This document shows positions 48,937 to 57,709 of a stretch of DNA of 57,709 nucleotides, piece by piece. Positions within the stretch are counted from its first letter, which is position 1. Each line of letters opens with the position of its first letter. The stretch is from positions 1 to 57,709 of the forward strand of contig CAVWHH010000026.1 in assembly GCA_963754785.1 (NCBI GenBank), in the 5' to 3' direction. The DNA comes from an uncultured delta proteobacterium (GTDB lineage Bacteria; Desulfobacterota; Syntrophorhabdia; Syntrophorhabdales; Syntrophorhabdaceae). Below the pieces are notes generated by a model. That model saw nothing but the letters and a program-made list of their open reading frames with translations, was not told where the DNA came from and ran no database searches. The translations under genes and the position numbers were made by a program.

Positions 48937-50073
48937 ATGAGCATCGACAAGCTGACACTACTTTGCGTGGGGGACTTGGTTTTCGACAGCCCCGAAGCCG
49001 ACCGGTTGGCCGATTTTGTGCGTCCCACGCTGAAATCGGCAGACGTCGTGGTCGGCCAGATGGAGGTTGTCTTCACGGCAAGAGGCGAGCGCCAGTACAC
49101 GCCCGTCCCTTCCCCTCCCACCGACCCGCGCAACATGGGGGCGATGATTTCGGCGGGCTTCAGCGTGTTGACCCTTGCCGGTAATCACGTCTGGGATTCC
49201 GGACCGCCCGGAATAGAGGACTCGATTGAAGGTCTCCGGTCCTATGGCGTGGCGTTCACCGGCGCGGGAATGAACATCGACGAGGCAAGGAAGCCGGCCG
49301 TCATCGAGCGCAAGGGGACCAGGATCGGCTTCCTTGACTACAATTGTGCGGGCCCGAAGGACTCGTGGGCCACGCCGGAGAAACCGGGGTGCGCGTACCT
49401 CGACATCATTACGCACTACGAGCAGGGAGGGCCTACCCCGGGGATCCGTCCGTTTATCTACACCTTCGCCGACCCTCGGACCGTCAAGGCCATGACGGAC
49501 GACATCCGAAAACTGAGAAAGGCGTGCGATGTCCTCGTCGTCGTGTTTCACAAGGGCGTCACTCATATTCCCGCCTACCTCGGCATGTACGAGCAGCCTA
49601 TCTGCTACGCGGCTATCGACGCAGGCGCCGACCTCGTTCTCGGCCACCATGCGCACATCCTCCGGGGCATAGAGTTCTACAGAGGCAGGCCGATCTTTCA
49701 CGGCCTCGGGAACTTTATTACCGCTACCATGGCGCTCACCGAAGCTCCGAACTGGAGGCTGGGGCAGTGGATAAAGCTGCGGAAAGAGCTGGCCGGATTC
49801 GAGCCGGACCCTCTGAACCCTTCTTACCCTTTTCATCGCGATTCGAGGAAGACGATCATTGCGAAGTGCGAGATAGAGCACGGGAAGATAGTGCGCACGG
49901 GCTACATCCCGTGCTTCATCAACAGAGACAACCAGCCGGAGATCCTGAAGAACGACGAAAGGGGCGCGGAGGTGTTCGAGTACGTCGATTTTATCACGAA
50001 GGAGACAGGGCTTCACACGACGTTCCGATGGGAAGGGGACGAAGTGGCGGCCTCTGCGGAAGAAGAACCCTAA
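48937..50073 (+). CDS. CapA/PGA_cap-family metallophosphatase-like protein
   Basis: LLCVGDLVFDSPEADRL...ADVVVGQMEVVFTA...LAGNHVWDSG shows the CapA family pattern. Confidence 0.7.
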   Translation: MSIDKLTLLCVGDLVFDSPEADRLADFVRPTLKSADVVVGQMEVVFTARGERQYTPVPSPPTDPRNMGAMISAGFSVLTLAGNHVWDSGPPGIEDSIEGLRSYGVAFTGAGMNIDEARKPAVIERKGTRIGFLDYNCAGPKDSWATPEKPGCAYLDIITHYEQGGPTPGIRPFIYTFADPRTVKAMTDDIRKLRKACDVLVVVFHKGVTHIPAYLGMYEQPICYAAIDAGADLVLGHHAHILRGIEFYRGRPIFHGLGNFITATMALTEAPNWRLGQWIKLRKELAGFEPDPLNPSYPFHRDSRKTIIAKCEIEHGKIVRTGYIPCFINRDNQPEILKNDERGAEVFEYVDFITKETGLHTTFRWEGDEVAASAEEEP

Positions 50074-50478
50074 CTTCGAGGGGAGAGGCGGGTGGCCGCA
50101 TCATGCTTCCACACCCTATGTGCGATTTTGAAAGATGCAAATGTTTTTGATGCACAACCTTAGGTAAAATATTAAAGGCAGCGCACAACCAGTAGATGAA
50201 GCGCACATCGAGAGACCGAGTGGGATAGCAAATCAGAACAAGGTCTGAAAATACATCACAAGAATGCATATTTTGTGAAGTGTTGAGTCTAATTAGTACA
50301 GGAAATAGTCGGTGGCCGATCGGCTGTTGATGCCCCTAAATAGCTTTACTAAGATGACCTGCCCCCTTCTATTGTATCACCTTTAAAGTTGTTTTCGCCA
50401 CTAAAGGATTCTAATTCCAGGGTAACACGATCTTTTATGACCAGCGTGGAGCACCCACGCTGAAACAAAACTAACCCT

Positions 50479-50656
50479 TATAAACCAAACAAGCTATCGT
50501 CAGCGATGGCTGATTTGAGACCCCTATCCTTGGAAGTATCCCCCTCGACGATCTCATATGAATCGTCCTTTTTTATCCCTGCCTGTTCTAAGGCCTCCTT
50601 AAGAGAAGGGGCATCAACGGTAATGTATTCTGTATCATTTACCCGAAACTTATATC
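50479..50656 (-). pseudogene. paralog of the 54-aa small-protein gene (see 56359..56523) whose start codon was removed by the IS-A insertion
   Basis: Minus-strand translation YKFRVNDTEYITVDAPSLKEALEQAGIKKDDSYEIVEGD... is colinear with MSRYKFRVNATEYITVDAPSFEEALEQAGIKEDESYEIVEGDD. The IS-A end begins at 50657. Confidence 0.6.
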
Positions 50657-52069
50657 ACATCTTCACCTCGGCTATATCCGTAACAATCTGAATTGATTGG
50701 TTTTAGGTTATTTTTGTGCAGATAATGTAGTCACTAATAATAACCATAATATGGTATTTTTTACTTGACAAGTAGGTTATTATGCGGTATATATGTAGGT
50801 ATGCATATCGTGGAGAACAGATCAAAGCAGGGGAAAAAGATTTACCACTCCGTGCTGCTGAGAGAATCCTACCGGGTGGGTAAAAAGGTAAGGAAGCGGA
50901 CCATCGCAAACCTTTCTTCATGCACGCCGAGGGAGATCGCTGCCATCAAGCTTGCCTTGAGCCACAAAGAGAACCTCGCGGAACTCGGATCCCTCAAGGA
51001 GAACGTTGACCTCGCCGAGGGCCGTGCGGTGGGGGCCGCCTGGGCCGTCTACCAGCTTGCCAAGAGGACCGGGATTGAACGGGCCTTGGGCAACGAGTTT
51101 ACCGGAAAGCTGGCCCTCTGGCAGGTGATCGCCCGGGTCCTCGACCAGGGTTCCCGTCTTTCAGCCGTGCGTCTCGCGAATATCCATGCCATAGGTGATG
51201 TGCTCGCCCTCACACGGGGCTTTGACGAAAACGATCTCTATGAGAACCTCAGGTGGCTTACCGACCACCAGGCGCGTATAGAGAAGACGCTCTTTTCTGC
51301 CCGGCACACAGAGGATCCTGAATTATTTCTCTATGACGTCACGAGTAGCTACCTGGAAGGAGAGAAGAACTTCTTCGGCGCCTACGGCTACAATCGGGAC
51401 GGCAAGCGGGGCAAGAAGCAGATCGTGATCGGCCTGCTCTGCGATAAATGGGGTGAACCGGTCTCAACCGAGGTCTTTGCCGGCAATACGCGCGACACCG
51501 AGACCTTTGACTCCCAGGTGGCCAAAGCCGCCCAGCGCTTCGGCTGTCATCGGGTGACGCTCGTGGGAGACCGGGGCATGATCAAGATGCCACAGATAGA
51601 AAACCTGCCGGAAGGGTTTCACTACATCACCGCCATCACCAAGCCTCAGATCAGGACACTCCTTGCAAGGGGAGTGATCCAGCTTGGCCTCTTTGATCGG
51701 GATATCGCTGAAGTGGCACATAAGGGCATCCGCTATATCCTGAGGCGTAACCCCGTTCGTGCTGAGGAGATCAGGACAAACCGGATGGCGAAGCTTGCGA
51801 GCCTTGAAGCCCTGGTGCGAGAGAAGAACGACTATCTGGGGGAACATGCCAAAGCCAGGGTAGAGACAGCCTTGAGGGATGTGGAAAAGAAGATGAGCAA
51901 GCTTAAGACTACCCCATGGTTAAACCTGAGCGTATCGGAACGAACGCTGTGCCTTAAGATCGATGAAGAGGCGCTCAAACAAGCCTCCCTCCTTGATGGC
52001 TGCTACGTCATCAAGACAGACCTTCCCCGGGAGGCAGCGGACACACAGGTCATCCACGACCGGTATAAA

Positions 52070-53945
52070 CGGAAGTTAAGTAGTTCCTCAGCGGCGCAAT
52101 GTCGTAAACCTCACACCTACGGACGTATTCCGATGATTGATAATGGGTTATGTAGCTAGTAAAGTGTGATTTTTTGCTTGACTTATGCGTTTTTAACTGT
52201 TATAATGTGCCTATGAAGATGCGAGTAGGGTATGCGAGACGTAGCTATAAGGGAAAGATCTATGAGACCCCCCTGGTCATTACCTCCTACCGGGATGAGC
52301 AGGGTACTCCCCGCAACAAGACTCTCGCCAATTTGGCAAAACTGCCTCGCTTCATTGTTACCCTCATCGCGGAGGCGCTCAAACGCGACGATGCGGGGGT
52401 GCTCGAAGAATACGTTCACTTCAAAGAGATTACCCATCTGGGATCTCTCATGATCGGACCCACCTTCGTGGCTCTGTCCGTACTCAAACAGCTTTGTATT
52501 TGTGAGATGGTGAAAGCCTGTTTGTCGGTAAAGCACTTCATCGCCATCATGGCCATCGTCATAGAGCGTGTCATCTCACCGAAACCTCTTTCGGTCATGG
52601 CCCTCAGACGGCTCTACGAGAAAGAAGCCACCTGCCTGCTTTTGCACGAAGAGAAGGCCCCTTCTCTCAAGACATGGTACGGGGCGCTTTCGGCCCTGGA
52701 AGAAAACCGGGAAGAGATCCTCAAAGCACTATACCTGCGAAACCACACACCGGGGAGAGTCTACCTCTACGACATCACCTCGAGCTATTTCGAAGGGAGC
52801 ACCTGCCCGCTTGCAGACTACGGATATAACCGGGACGGCAAGAAAGGGAAGATGCAAGTCGTCATCGGCATTATCTGCGATGAACAGGGATGTCCGATCT
52901 GGATAGAGGTGTTCAAGGGCAGTACCGCAGACCAGACCACAGTCAAGTCGCAACTGATCACACTGAAGGAGAAGCTGGGACTTGATGAGTTCATTTTCGT
53001 CGGCGATCGGGGGATGGTGACGAATGCGCGCATTGAAGAACTCCACAAAGAGGGCTGGTGGGAGAGCTTCAGCTACATCACGGCGCTCACACGGGAAGAG
53101 ATGATGCGGGCCGTTGAGACAAAAGACCATCCCATCCAGTTGGATCTCTTTAATCACCATCAACTGGTGGAGGTGGAAAAAGAAGGAACACGGTATGTAC
53201 TCTGCCACAATCCTGAACGGAAAGAACGGGATCGAAGGACCAGACAGCGCCTCCTGGACCTGACTGAAAAGAAGCTTGCCTGCATCCAAAAGAACGTGGT
53301 TGCGGGGAGGGCCAAGAAGAAGGACGTCATTGCCCGCCGCTTTTTCCGATGGATCAACCGCTGGGGTATGGAGCGCTTTTTCGAGGTGACCTATGACGAA
53401 GGGAGCTTCTCCTACAGACGAAAAGAAGAAGAGATTACCCGGTACGAACGACTCGACGGATGTTATGTCATCCGTTCCAACACCTCACACACAAGAGAAA
53501 CCACGGAAGAGCTCCTCAGCCACTACAAGGACCTGAAGCATGTGGAACAGGCCTTCCGCACCATGAAGACAACCGATATACAGACCCGTCCTATCCGTCA
53601 CTTCAATGAACCCCAGGTACGGGGACATATCTTTGCCTGTTTTCTTGCCTACCGGGTGATATGGGAACTTCGGAAGCGTCTTGCTCCTCTCCTCGAACGG
53701 GATCCTCAGACGAAACGCTGCGAGGCAGGCAGTCTTGCCGACATCTGGCGGGAACTGGGGACTGTGAGTCTGGCGAAGTTCGAAGCAAGGGGCAAAACCT
53801 ACACCAAACTCTCTCGGATTGATGTAAGGGTGAAGAAGATCCTGACGCTGTGCAGGGTACCTACCCTGGATGAGGTCCTGAGCGAGTAAAAACCCGTAAA
53901 GCCTTGTCCTGCCGAAGTTTTGTTTCTTGGAGTACTTAACTTCAG
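52070..53945 (+). mobile_element. IS-B: third IS4/IS1634-like element (about 1.88 kb), IRs cGGAAGTTAAGTAgTtCC / cTGAAGTTAAGTAcTCC, flanked by target-site duplication (G)TATAAA(G)
   Basis: Left flank ggtataaa|cggaagttaag and right flank cttaacttcag|tataaag. Joining the flanks restores the IS-A transposase frame (DRYK|DLAAVE). An internal consensus promoter (TTGACT-17-TATAAT, 52178-52206) precedes the transposase gene. Confidence 0.75.
52213..53889 (+). CDS. IS4/IS1634-family DDE transposase (IS-B), about 558 aa
   Basis: VYLYDITSSYFEGSTCPLADYGYNRDGKKGKMQVVIGIICDEQGCPIWIEVFKGSTADQ...FVGDRGM. The start at MKMRVGYA follows the internal promoter. Confidence 0.8.
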   Translation: MKMRVGYARRSYKGKIYETPLVITSYRDEQGTPRNKTLANLAKLPRFIVTLIAEALKRDDAGVLEEYVHFKEITHLGSLMIGPTFVALSVLKQLCICEMVKACLSVKHFIAIMAIVIERVISPKPLSVMALRRLYEKEATCLLLHEEKAPSLKTWYGALSALEENREEILKALYLRNHTPGRVYLYDITSSYFEGSTCPLADYGYNRDGKKGKMQVVIGIICDEQGCPIWIEVFKGSTADQTTVKSQLITLKEKLGLDEFIFVGDRGMVTNARIEELHKEGWWESFSYITALTREEMMRAVETKDHPIQLDLFNHHQLVEVEKEGTRYVLCHNPERKERDRRTRQRLLDLTEKKLACIQKNVVAGRAKKKDVIARRFFRWINRWGMERFFEVTYDEGSFSYRRKEEEITRYERLDGCYVIRSNTSHTRETTEELLSHYKDLKHVEQAFRTMKTTDIQTRPIRHFNEPQVRGHIFACFLAYRVIWELRKRLAPLLERDPQTKRCEAGSLADIWRELGTVSLAKFEARGKTYTKLSRIDVRVKKILTLCRVPTLDEVLSE

Positions 53946-54382
53946 TATAAAGACCTCGCAGCGGTTGAGCAGGCATTTCGCTCGTGCAAGACCGACTTTC
54001 TCGAAGTGAGGCCCGTGTATGTCCAGAGAGAGAAGAGCACCCGGGGACACGTCCTGGTGGTGATGCTTGCCTACATGATTGTCCGGGCGCTTCAAGAGGC
54101 CTGGGCCCCGCTCAATGTCACAGTCGAAGAAGGCTTGAGGCACTTGTCCACGCTCTGCTCGATAGAGATGACCGTGAAGAACCATCCACCGTGCCTCAAG
54201 ATCCCCCGGCCACGGGAAACTTCACGACAATTATTGAAAGCCCTCAAGGTGAGCATGCCCCTCGCCCTTCCTCACCGGGAGGTTCCTGTAGTCACCAGAA
54301 AAAAACTCACTGAAAACAGAAATCTCCCTTGAAGTCCACTACGTTATCGATACCGGGAGCACGTGGCTAAAAGGTGAAGATG

Positions 54383-54470
54383 CGTTATATCGAGACATAA
54401 CGAGCGACCCTATATAATTTTATTACATCTCGTTCTTTCTTGCATGGTAATTCGTGCTGAGCGTCTCTCA
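54383..54470 (-). promoter_or_regulatory. orphaned 5' end (start codon plus conserved upstream region) of the small-protein gene split by IS-A copy 2
   Basis: cgttatatcgagacat is the reverse complement of ATGTCTCGATATAACG. The 70 nt upstream are similar to 56524-56595, the upstream region of the intact copy. Confidence 0.5.
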
Positions 54471-54487
54471 CAAATCCTGATCTACTA

Positions 54488-55194
54488 CTATATACCCATT
54501 TGCTCTCCAACTAACACGACGTTGATACGGCCTTTTTCGGGAGGCATTGCGCCTTCGATTATCACCGTATATCTGCAGGGCCTCCATTCATGGTAACAGT
54601 CAGCACATTTGCCTGTTTTTGCGCAAGGCACCTCATCAAACCCCTTGTCGCCATGTTTCAGACGATGACGGATGGCTGTCATGGGTGTACAAATGCTGTG
54701 AATCCGGTCCAATCCCTCTTCCACAGTCTTCACGACCTTGTTCATGCCGGCAACAACAATCACCTTCCTAGGGCCAAAAACCATTGCTGCGACCCTGTTC
54801 CCTGACCCGTCAATATTGACGAGCTTTCCATCCAAAGTTATGGCATTCGTACTGGTAAGGAATATATCCGAAAGGAGAGCTTCATGTTGAAGTTGGCGCC
54901 TTCGTTCAATCTCAGGGAAGAAACCTTTGTCATCTTTCTCAAAAGGATTGATGAGTCTGTTCTCACCCCGTTTAACTATTGCAGGAATAATTCCTAACTC
55001 GAAGAGTGTGACCGAATCCCCCCTGCTAACAACTGCCCCGGGGGAATCATTCCCATCACGGCGGAAAGTGCTTCCTCGCGGTTTTGTGCGTACTGACCGT
55101 TCATATTCCTTCTTTGCAGATTCTTTATTACAACACCCGCTCTGGTTTCATTGAACAACCCTGTCTCCTGACTCAGATCAATTTCTTGCAGCAT
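54488..55194 (-). pseudogene. LUD-domain (LutC/YkgG-like, DUF162) protein with a 1-nt indel in a C6 homopolymer (55018..55023)
   Basis: The N-part (54994..55194) is MLQEIDLSQETGLFNETRAGVVIK...MIPPGQLLAGG. After shifting, the frame continues DSVTLFELGIIPAIVKRGENRLINPF...SDIFLTSTNAITLDGKLVNIDGSGNRVAAMVFGPRKVIVVAG...VIIEGAMPPEKGRINVVLVGE. This is colinear with LUD-domain proteins. Confidence 0.55.
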
Positions 55195-55307
55195 GAAAGA
55201 TACCTCCTTGCCTTTTTTTGTGCATGCTTCAACTTATATATTCATTCTCCTGGAATTGCAAACAGACTTTGAGGGAGAAAGTCTCAATCCCATGATCTAA
55301 TGTCATC

Positions 55308-55368
55308 TAAAATCTTCACAGTCTCGGAAGGCTTGCCGGGCAACGATTAAAGGAAGAGTTTGAGCGTT
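55308..55368. repeat. Repeat family A, copy A4
   Basis: aaaatcttcacagtctcggaaggcttgccgggcaacgattaaaggaagag. Confidence 0.5.
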
Positions 55369-55536
55369 TGTACACCTACAATCAGTTAGGGCCAGACGAT
55401 GGTAAGAAGTGATGATTTGCGGGAAGAAGATGGCATCCATGGGAGCCCGTTTATCGGACAATTCGGCTACAGAGGAAGCGCTCGACGACGATCAGTTGTC
55501 AGGCATCGTTGAAGTATTGAAAAGAGTCTTTATCTA

Positions 55537-56196
55537 TTAACGCTCCCGGATGAATCTAACTCCCATGTCGAAGGCCTTCTCGCAATCCTGTGGGAATACC
55601 TCCGCCCGTCTCTTTGCTTTCTTCGCAGGATCAAAACGGTCCGAAACCACTTTCGAATAATCCTCAAACTGATACGTATCAGAGCTAATAAGTGACTCTG
55701 AGGCTCCAAATATCATCTTCATTACCATTTCATTGATACCGAGATGTTGACCGAAGCGTTCCTTCATCTCTTCCTCTGTTGCATTCCCCGTATAAATAAA
55801 CCCCGTATGAATTTTTCCGGGGAAAAGCGACAGCGGAGGATTAGAATATGCCGAATACGGAAACATCAAGCGCTCCATAAAGGACCTCATCTCTCCGGAA
55901 ACAGTTCCGTAATAAATCGGGGAACCGAAAAAGAGCACATCCGCGTCCCCGGCTTTTTTCAGCACCGGGGTCAGGTCGTCCTTCACCGCACACATACCAT
56001 AACTCTTGCCGCCTTTCGTCTTGCATGCAAAGCAGCTTATGCATCCTTTATAATTCAGATCATACAGATGGATGAGTTCTGTTTCCGCTCCCTGCGATCG
56101 GGCCCCTTCAAGGGCTTTTTCAAGCAGCGTCGCCGTATTCCATTTTTTTCTTGGACTTCCGTTAAGTGCAATCACTTTCATATATATTTCCTCCAT
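55537..56196 (-). CDS. flavodoxin-like fold protein (NADPH-dependent FMN reductase / iron-sulfur flavoprotein-like)
   Basis: MKVIALNGSPRKKWNTATLLEKALEGA...DADVLFFGSPIYYGTVSGEMRSFMERL plus a cysteine cluster CISCFACKTKGGKSYGMC. Probable start at MKVIALNG (56181). Confidence 0.7.
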   Translation of the reverse strand: MEEIYMKVIALNGSPRKKWNTATLLEKALEGARSQGAETELIHLYDLNYKGCISCFACKTKGGKSYGMCAVKDDLTPVLKKAGDADVLFFGSPIYYGTVSGEMRSFMERLMFPYSAYSNPPLSLFPGKIHTGFIYTGNATEEEMKERFGQHLGINEMVMKMIFGASESLISSDTYQFEDYSKVVSDRFDPAKKAKRRAEVFPQDCEKAFDMGVRFIRER

Positions 56197-56358
56197 CGTT
56201 TTAATGTCCGGTGAGCTTTATCGTTTACGCTCGCAAGCGACGGGCACGTTTTATACATCCGTAAGTAGCGCTTCCTTCGTCGTCCTATTCGTCACCGCCC
56301 CGGTATAGTCAACAGGCTTGCTTTTTATTAACAATTCAATGAAATTTAAGCCGGCCTG

Positions 56359-56523
56359 TCAGTAATGGCTGATTTGATGCTCCTGTCCTTGGAAATCATC
56401 ACCCTCGACGATCTCATAAGACTCGTCCTCTTTTATGCCTGCCTGTTCTAAGGCTTCCTCAAAAGAAGGGGCATCAACGGTAATGTATTCTGTGGCATTT
56501 ACCCGAAACTTGTATCGAGACAT
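56359..56523 (-). CDS. 54-aa acidic small protein, member of a two-copy family (second copy split by IS-A)
   Basis: MSRYKFRVNATEYITVDAPSFEEALEQAGIKEDESYEIVEGDDFQGQEHQISHY. About 78% nucleotide identity to 50479-50656, and a conserved about 70-nt upstream region also seen at 54399-54470. Confidence 0.5.
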   Translation of the reverse strand: MSRYKFRVNATEYITVDAPSFEEALEQAGIKEDESYEIVEGDDFQGQEHQISHY

Positions 56524-56993
56524 CACAAACCACCCTATTAAAGTTTAGCACATCTCATTTTCTCTTGCATCGTAATTCATGCTGTGTCATAGGTTAACAG
56601 ACAGAGTAAACTGTTATGCGCAGATCCTTTGACCACCCTATCTCTTTCTGTAATAGATGAATCGTTGCAAGACCTGAAGAAATTCTGTGATTCTAAAGTG
56701 TAGCTCCATGGAGACAGCAACTCCATCATATCCCCTATGAATCGAAAAATGCTTCATGCCGGTGTCCTAAGAAATAAGAACCCACCGCTTCAGTATTGGG
56801 GGGGAGATAGTTGACCGATGGGACGGTCAGTGAAGCGATGGGTTTGTTGGCAGTGTGAAGTAATAATTTACCACATTGGGCATATCTAATCAAGCAAGGT
56901 CCCCTGAAGGTCAGGGTGATTTCGTGCTGGTCTCATCACATAGGCATATCAAGCAGTTACTGATAGTTCTGGACAATTATCTCCTGATATGGT

Positions 56994-57641
56994 ATGGTGG
57001 AACCAGAGGTTGTTTCATCGAGATTGTCAGGAGTGTGCATGTTGAACCTATCGGAAGTCGTTGTTCGACCCATTTGTCCTACTGAAGAACAGGATTATCA
57101 AAGCCTGATGGAAGCGTATCACTACCTGGGTTCTTTGCCCAAAATCGGGGAGACGCTGTGGTACGTGGCCTTATGGCAGGATGAATGGGTGGCCCTTGTC
57201 ACCTTCTCCGCTTAAGCGTGGAAGTGTGCAGCACGGGATCGCTGGATCGGATGGAACTTCCGGCATCAGTATGATCGCCTGAAGCTGGTGGTGAACAACA
57301 GCCGTTTTTGTATTCTGCCCAACTGGCATGTTCCGAATCTGGGTTCCCGTGTGCTGGCGTTGTGTGAAAGAAGGCTCCTTTGTGACTGGCAGCAGCGTTT
57401 CGGCCATCCGGTACTGCTCCTTGAGACCTTTGTCGATCCAGAACGGTTCCGGGGAACGGTGTATAAGGCTGCAAACTGGATCCATGTGGGTGATAGCAAG
57501 GGCTTTCGCAGGGTTCAAAAGGGATACACCCCCCAGGGCTCGCCCAAAATGGTCTTCGTCAGGCCTTTACACCGCGATGCACAATCGCTTCTCTCCCAGG
57601 CCTCTCTCACCCCACCTTATCGTACAGGAGGTTCCAAAATT
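56994..57641 (+). pseudogene. DUF4338-family (DruA-like) gene interrupted by an in-frame TAA at 57213..57215; runs without a stop into the next gene
   Basis: ...SLMEAYHYLGSLPKIGETLWYVALWQDEWVALVTFSA*AWKCAARDRWIGWNFRHQYDRLKLVVNNSRFCILPNWHVPNLGSRVLALCERRLLCDWQQRFGHPVLLLETFVDPERFRGTVYKAANWIHVGDSKGF matches the DUF4338 pattern (YHYLG...WVAL..WSSAA...RD.WIGW...NNSRFLILP...ETFVD..RF.GTCY.AANW). Confidence 0.5.
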
Positions 57642-57709
57642 ATGCTCAGAGCCGATACAATGTACTCCTTACCTCGTTTCTTTGCCGATATCCCTGATCC
57701 CCGCCGTTC
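57642..57709 (+). CDS. start of an ISAs1-family (H-repeat-associated) transposase, 3'-partial at window edge
   Basis: ggaggttccaaaattATG then MLRADTMYSLPRFFADIPDPRR. The ...IPDPR... motif is the hallmark N-terminus of ISAs1/DDE_Tnp_1_assoc transposases. Confidence 0.4.
   Translation, partial: MLRADTMYSLPRFFADIPDPRR

Larger units (their letters stand above)
50765..54332 (+). pseudogene. IS-A transposase gene disrupted by IS-B (5' part 50765..52069, 3' part 53946..54332)
   Basis: The 5' part is about 98% identical to 25781-27475 up to ...VIHDRYK. The 3' part resumes DLAAVEQAFRSCKTDFLEVRPVYVQREK... exactly where copy 1 continues. Confidence 0.75.
50657..54382 (+). mobile_element. IS-A copy 2 (IS4/IS1634-like) carrying a nested insertion of IS-B; composite about 3.7 kb
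   Basis: Left end acatcttcacc (50657) and right end ggtgaagatg (54373-54382), as in copy 1. The transposase reading frame is interrupted at codon about 436 by IS-B. Confidence 0.7.

Noticed and set aside
1-57709. CRISPR array or other regularly spaced direct repeats
   Set aside because: No periodic repeat-spacer structure seen anywhere. The repeats found (A, B, C, P1, P2) are dispersed single copies.
16819-57709. A complete Druantia system (DUF4338 DruA plus DUF1998 helicase DruE)
   Set aside because: The two domains are 37 kb apart and on different strands, with unrelated genes in between. The DUF4338 gene is interrupted. The helicase is paired with a DEDDh exonuclease like MrfAB.

Overview
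This window is an IS-dense, pseudogene-rich chromosomal segment. The gene content points to an anaerobic, probably deltaproteobacterial (Desulfobacterota-like) organism: a sigma-54 regulator, a Tat-exported flavocytochrome, an iron-sulfur flavoprotein, four family III (CaiB/BaiF) CoA-transferases and a crotonase.

Intact genes include:
- a MaoC dehydratase, a flavocytochrome c pair (FAD oxidoreductase plus a monoheme cytochrome c) and a nitroreductase;
- a CBM48-like protein, Hsp20, a cold-shock protein, an ICMT-family methyltransferase and HU;
- a MrfA/MrfB-like DUF1998 helicase and DEDDh-exonuclease pair;
- an aldo/keto reductase with an Fe-S domain and a flotillin/SPFH-like protein;
- a metallophosphoesterase and an orphan phage terminase small/large pair;
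- a PD40 beta-propeller protein and a PaaI thioesterase;
- a crotonase with four tandem CoA-transferases (one frameshifted), an SBP_bac_5 solute-binding protein and a CapA-like protein;
- a flavodoxin-like protein and a 54-aa protein family.

Mobile DNA is abundant:
- Two copies of an IS4/IS1634-like element, which I call IS-A. One copy is intact and abuts a second IS4-like element (IS-C). The other copy is inserted in a small-gene paralog and itself carries a nested third IS (IS-B).
- Two decayed IS110 copies and an IS3 orfA relic.
- At the right edge, a DUF4338 (DruA-like) gene with an internal stop runs directly into an ISAs1-type transposase start.

A roughly 3.5 kb stretch (13.5–16.7 kb) is a gene graveyard. 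It holds a TIR-like/DUF1863 (ThsB-family) pseudogene, an SNase pseudogene, acyl-ACP thioesterase fragments and the IS3 relic.

The strongest candidate for something new is at 35.7–39.7 kb: two overlapping tyrosine-recombinase genes translationally coupled to a 396-aa protein I cannot place, with different perfect palindromes on either side. The architecture is Tn554/RIT/GInt-like.

Three families of short conserved intergenic repeats (A, 4 copies; B, 2 copies; C, 2 copies) are also present. No rRNA, intact tRNA or CRISPR array was found. All identifications are by eye from the translations and sequence; none has been verified by a search.
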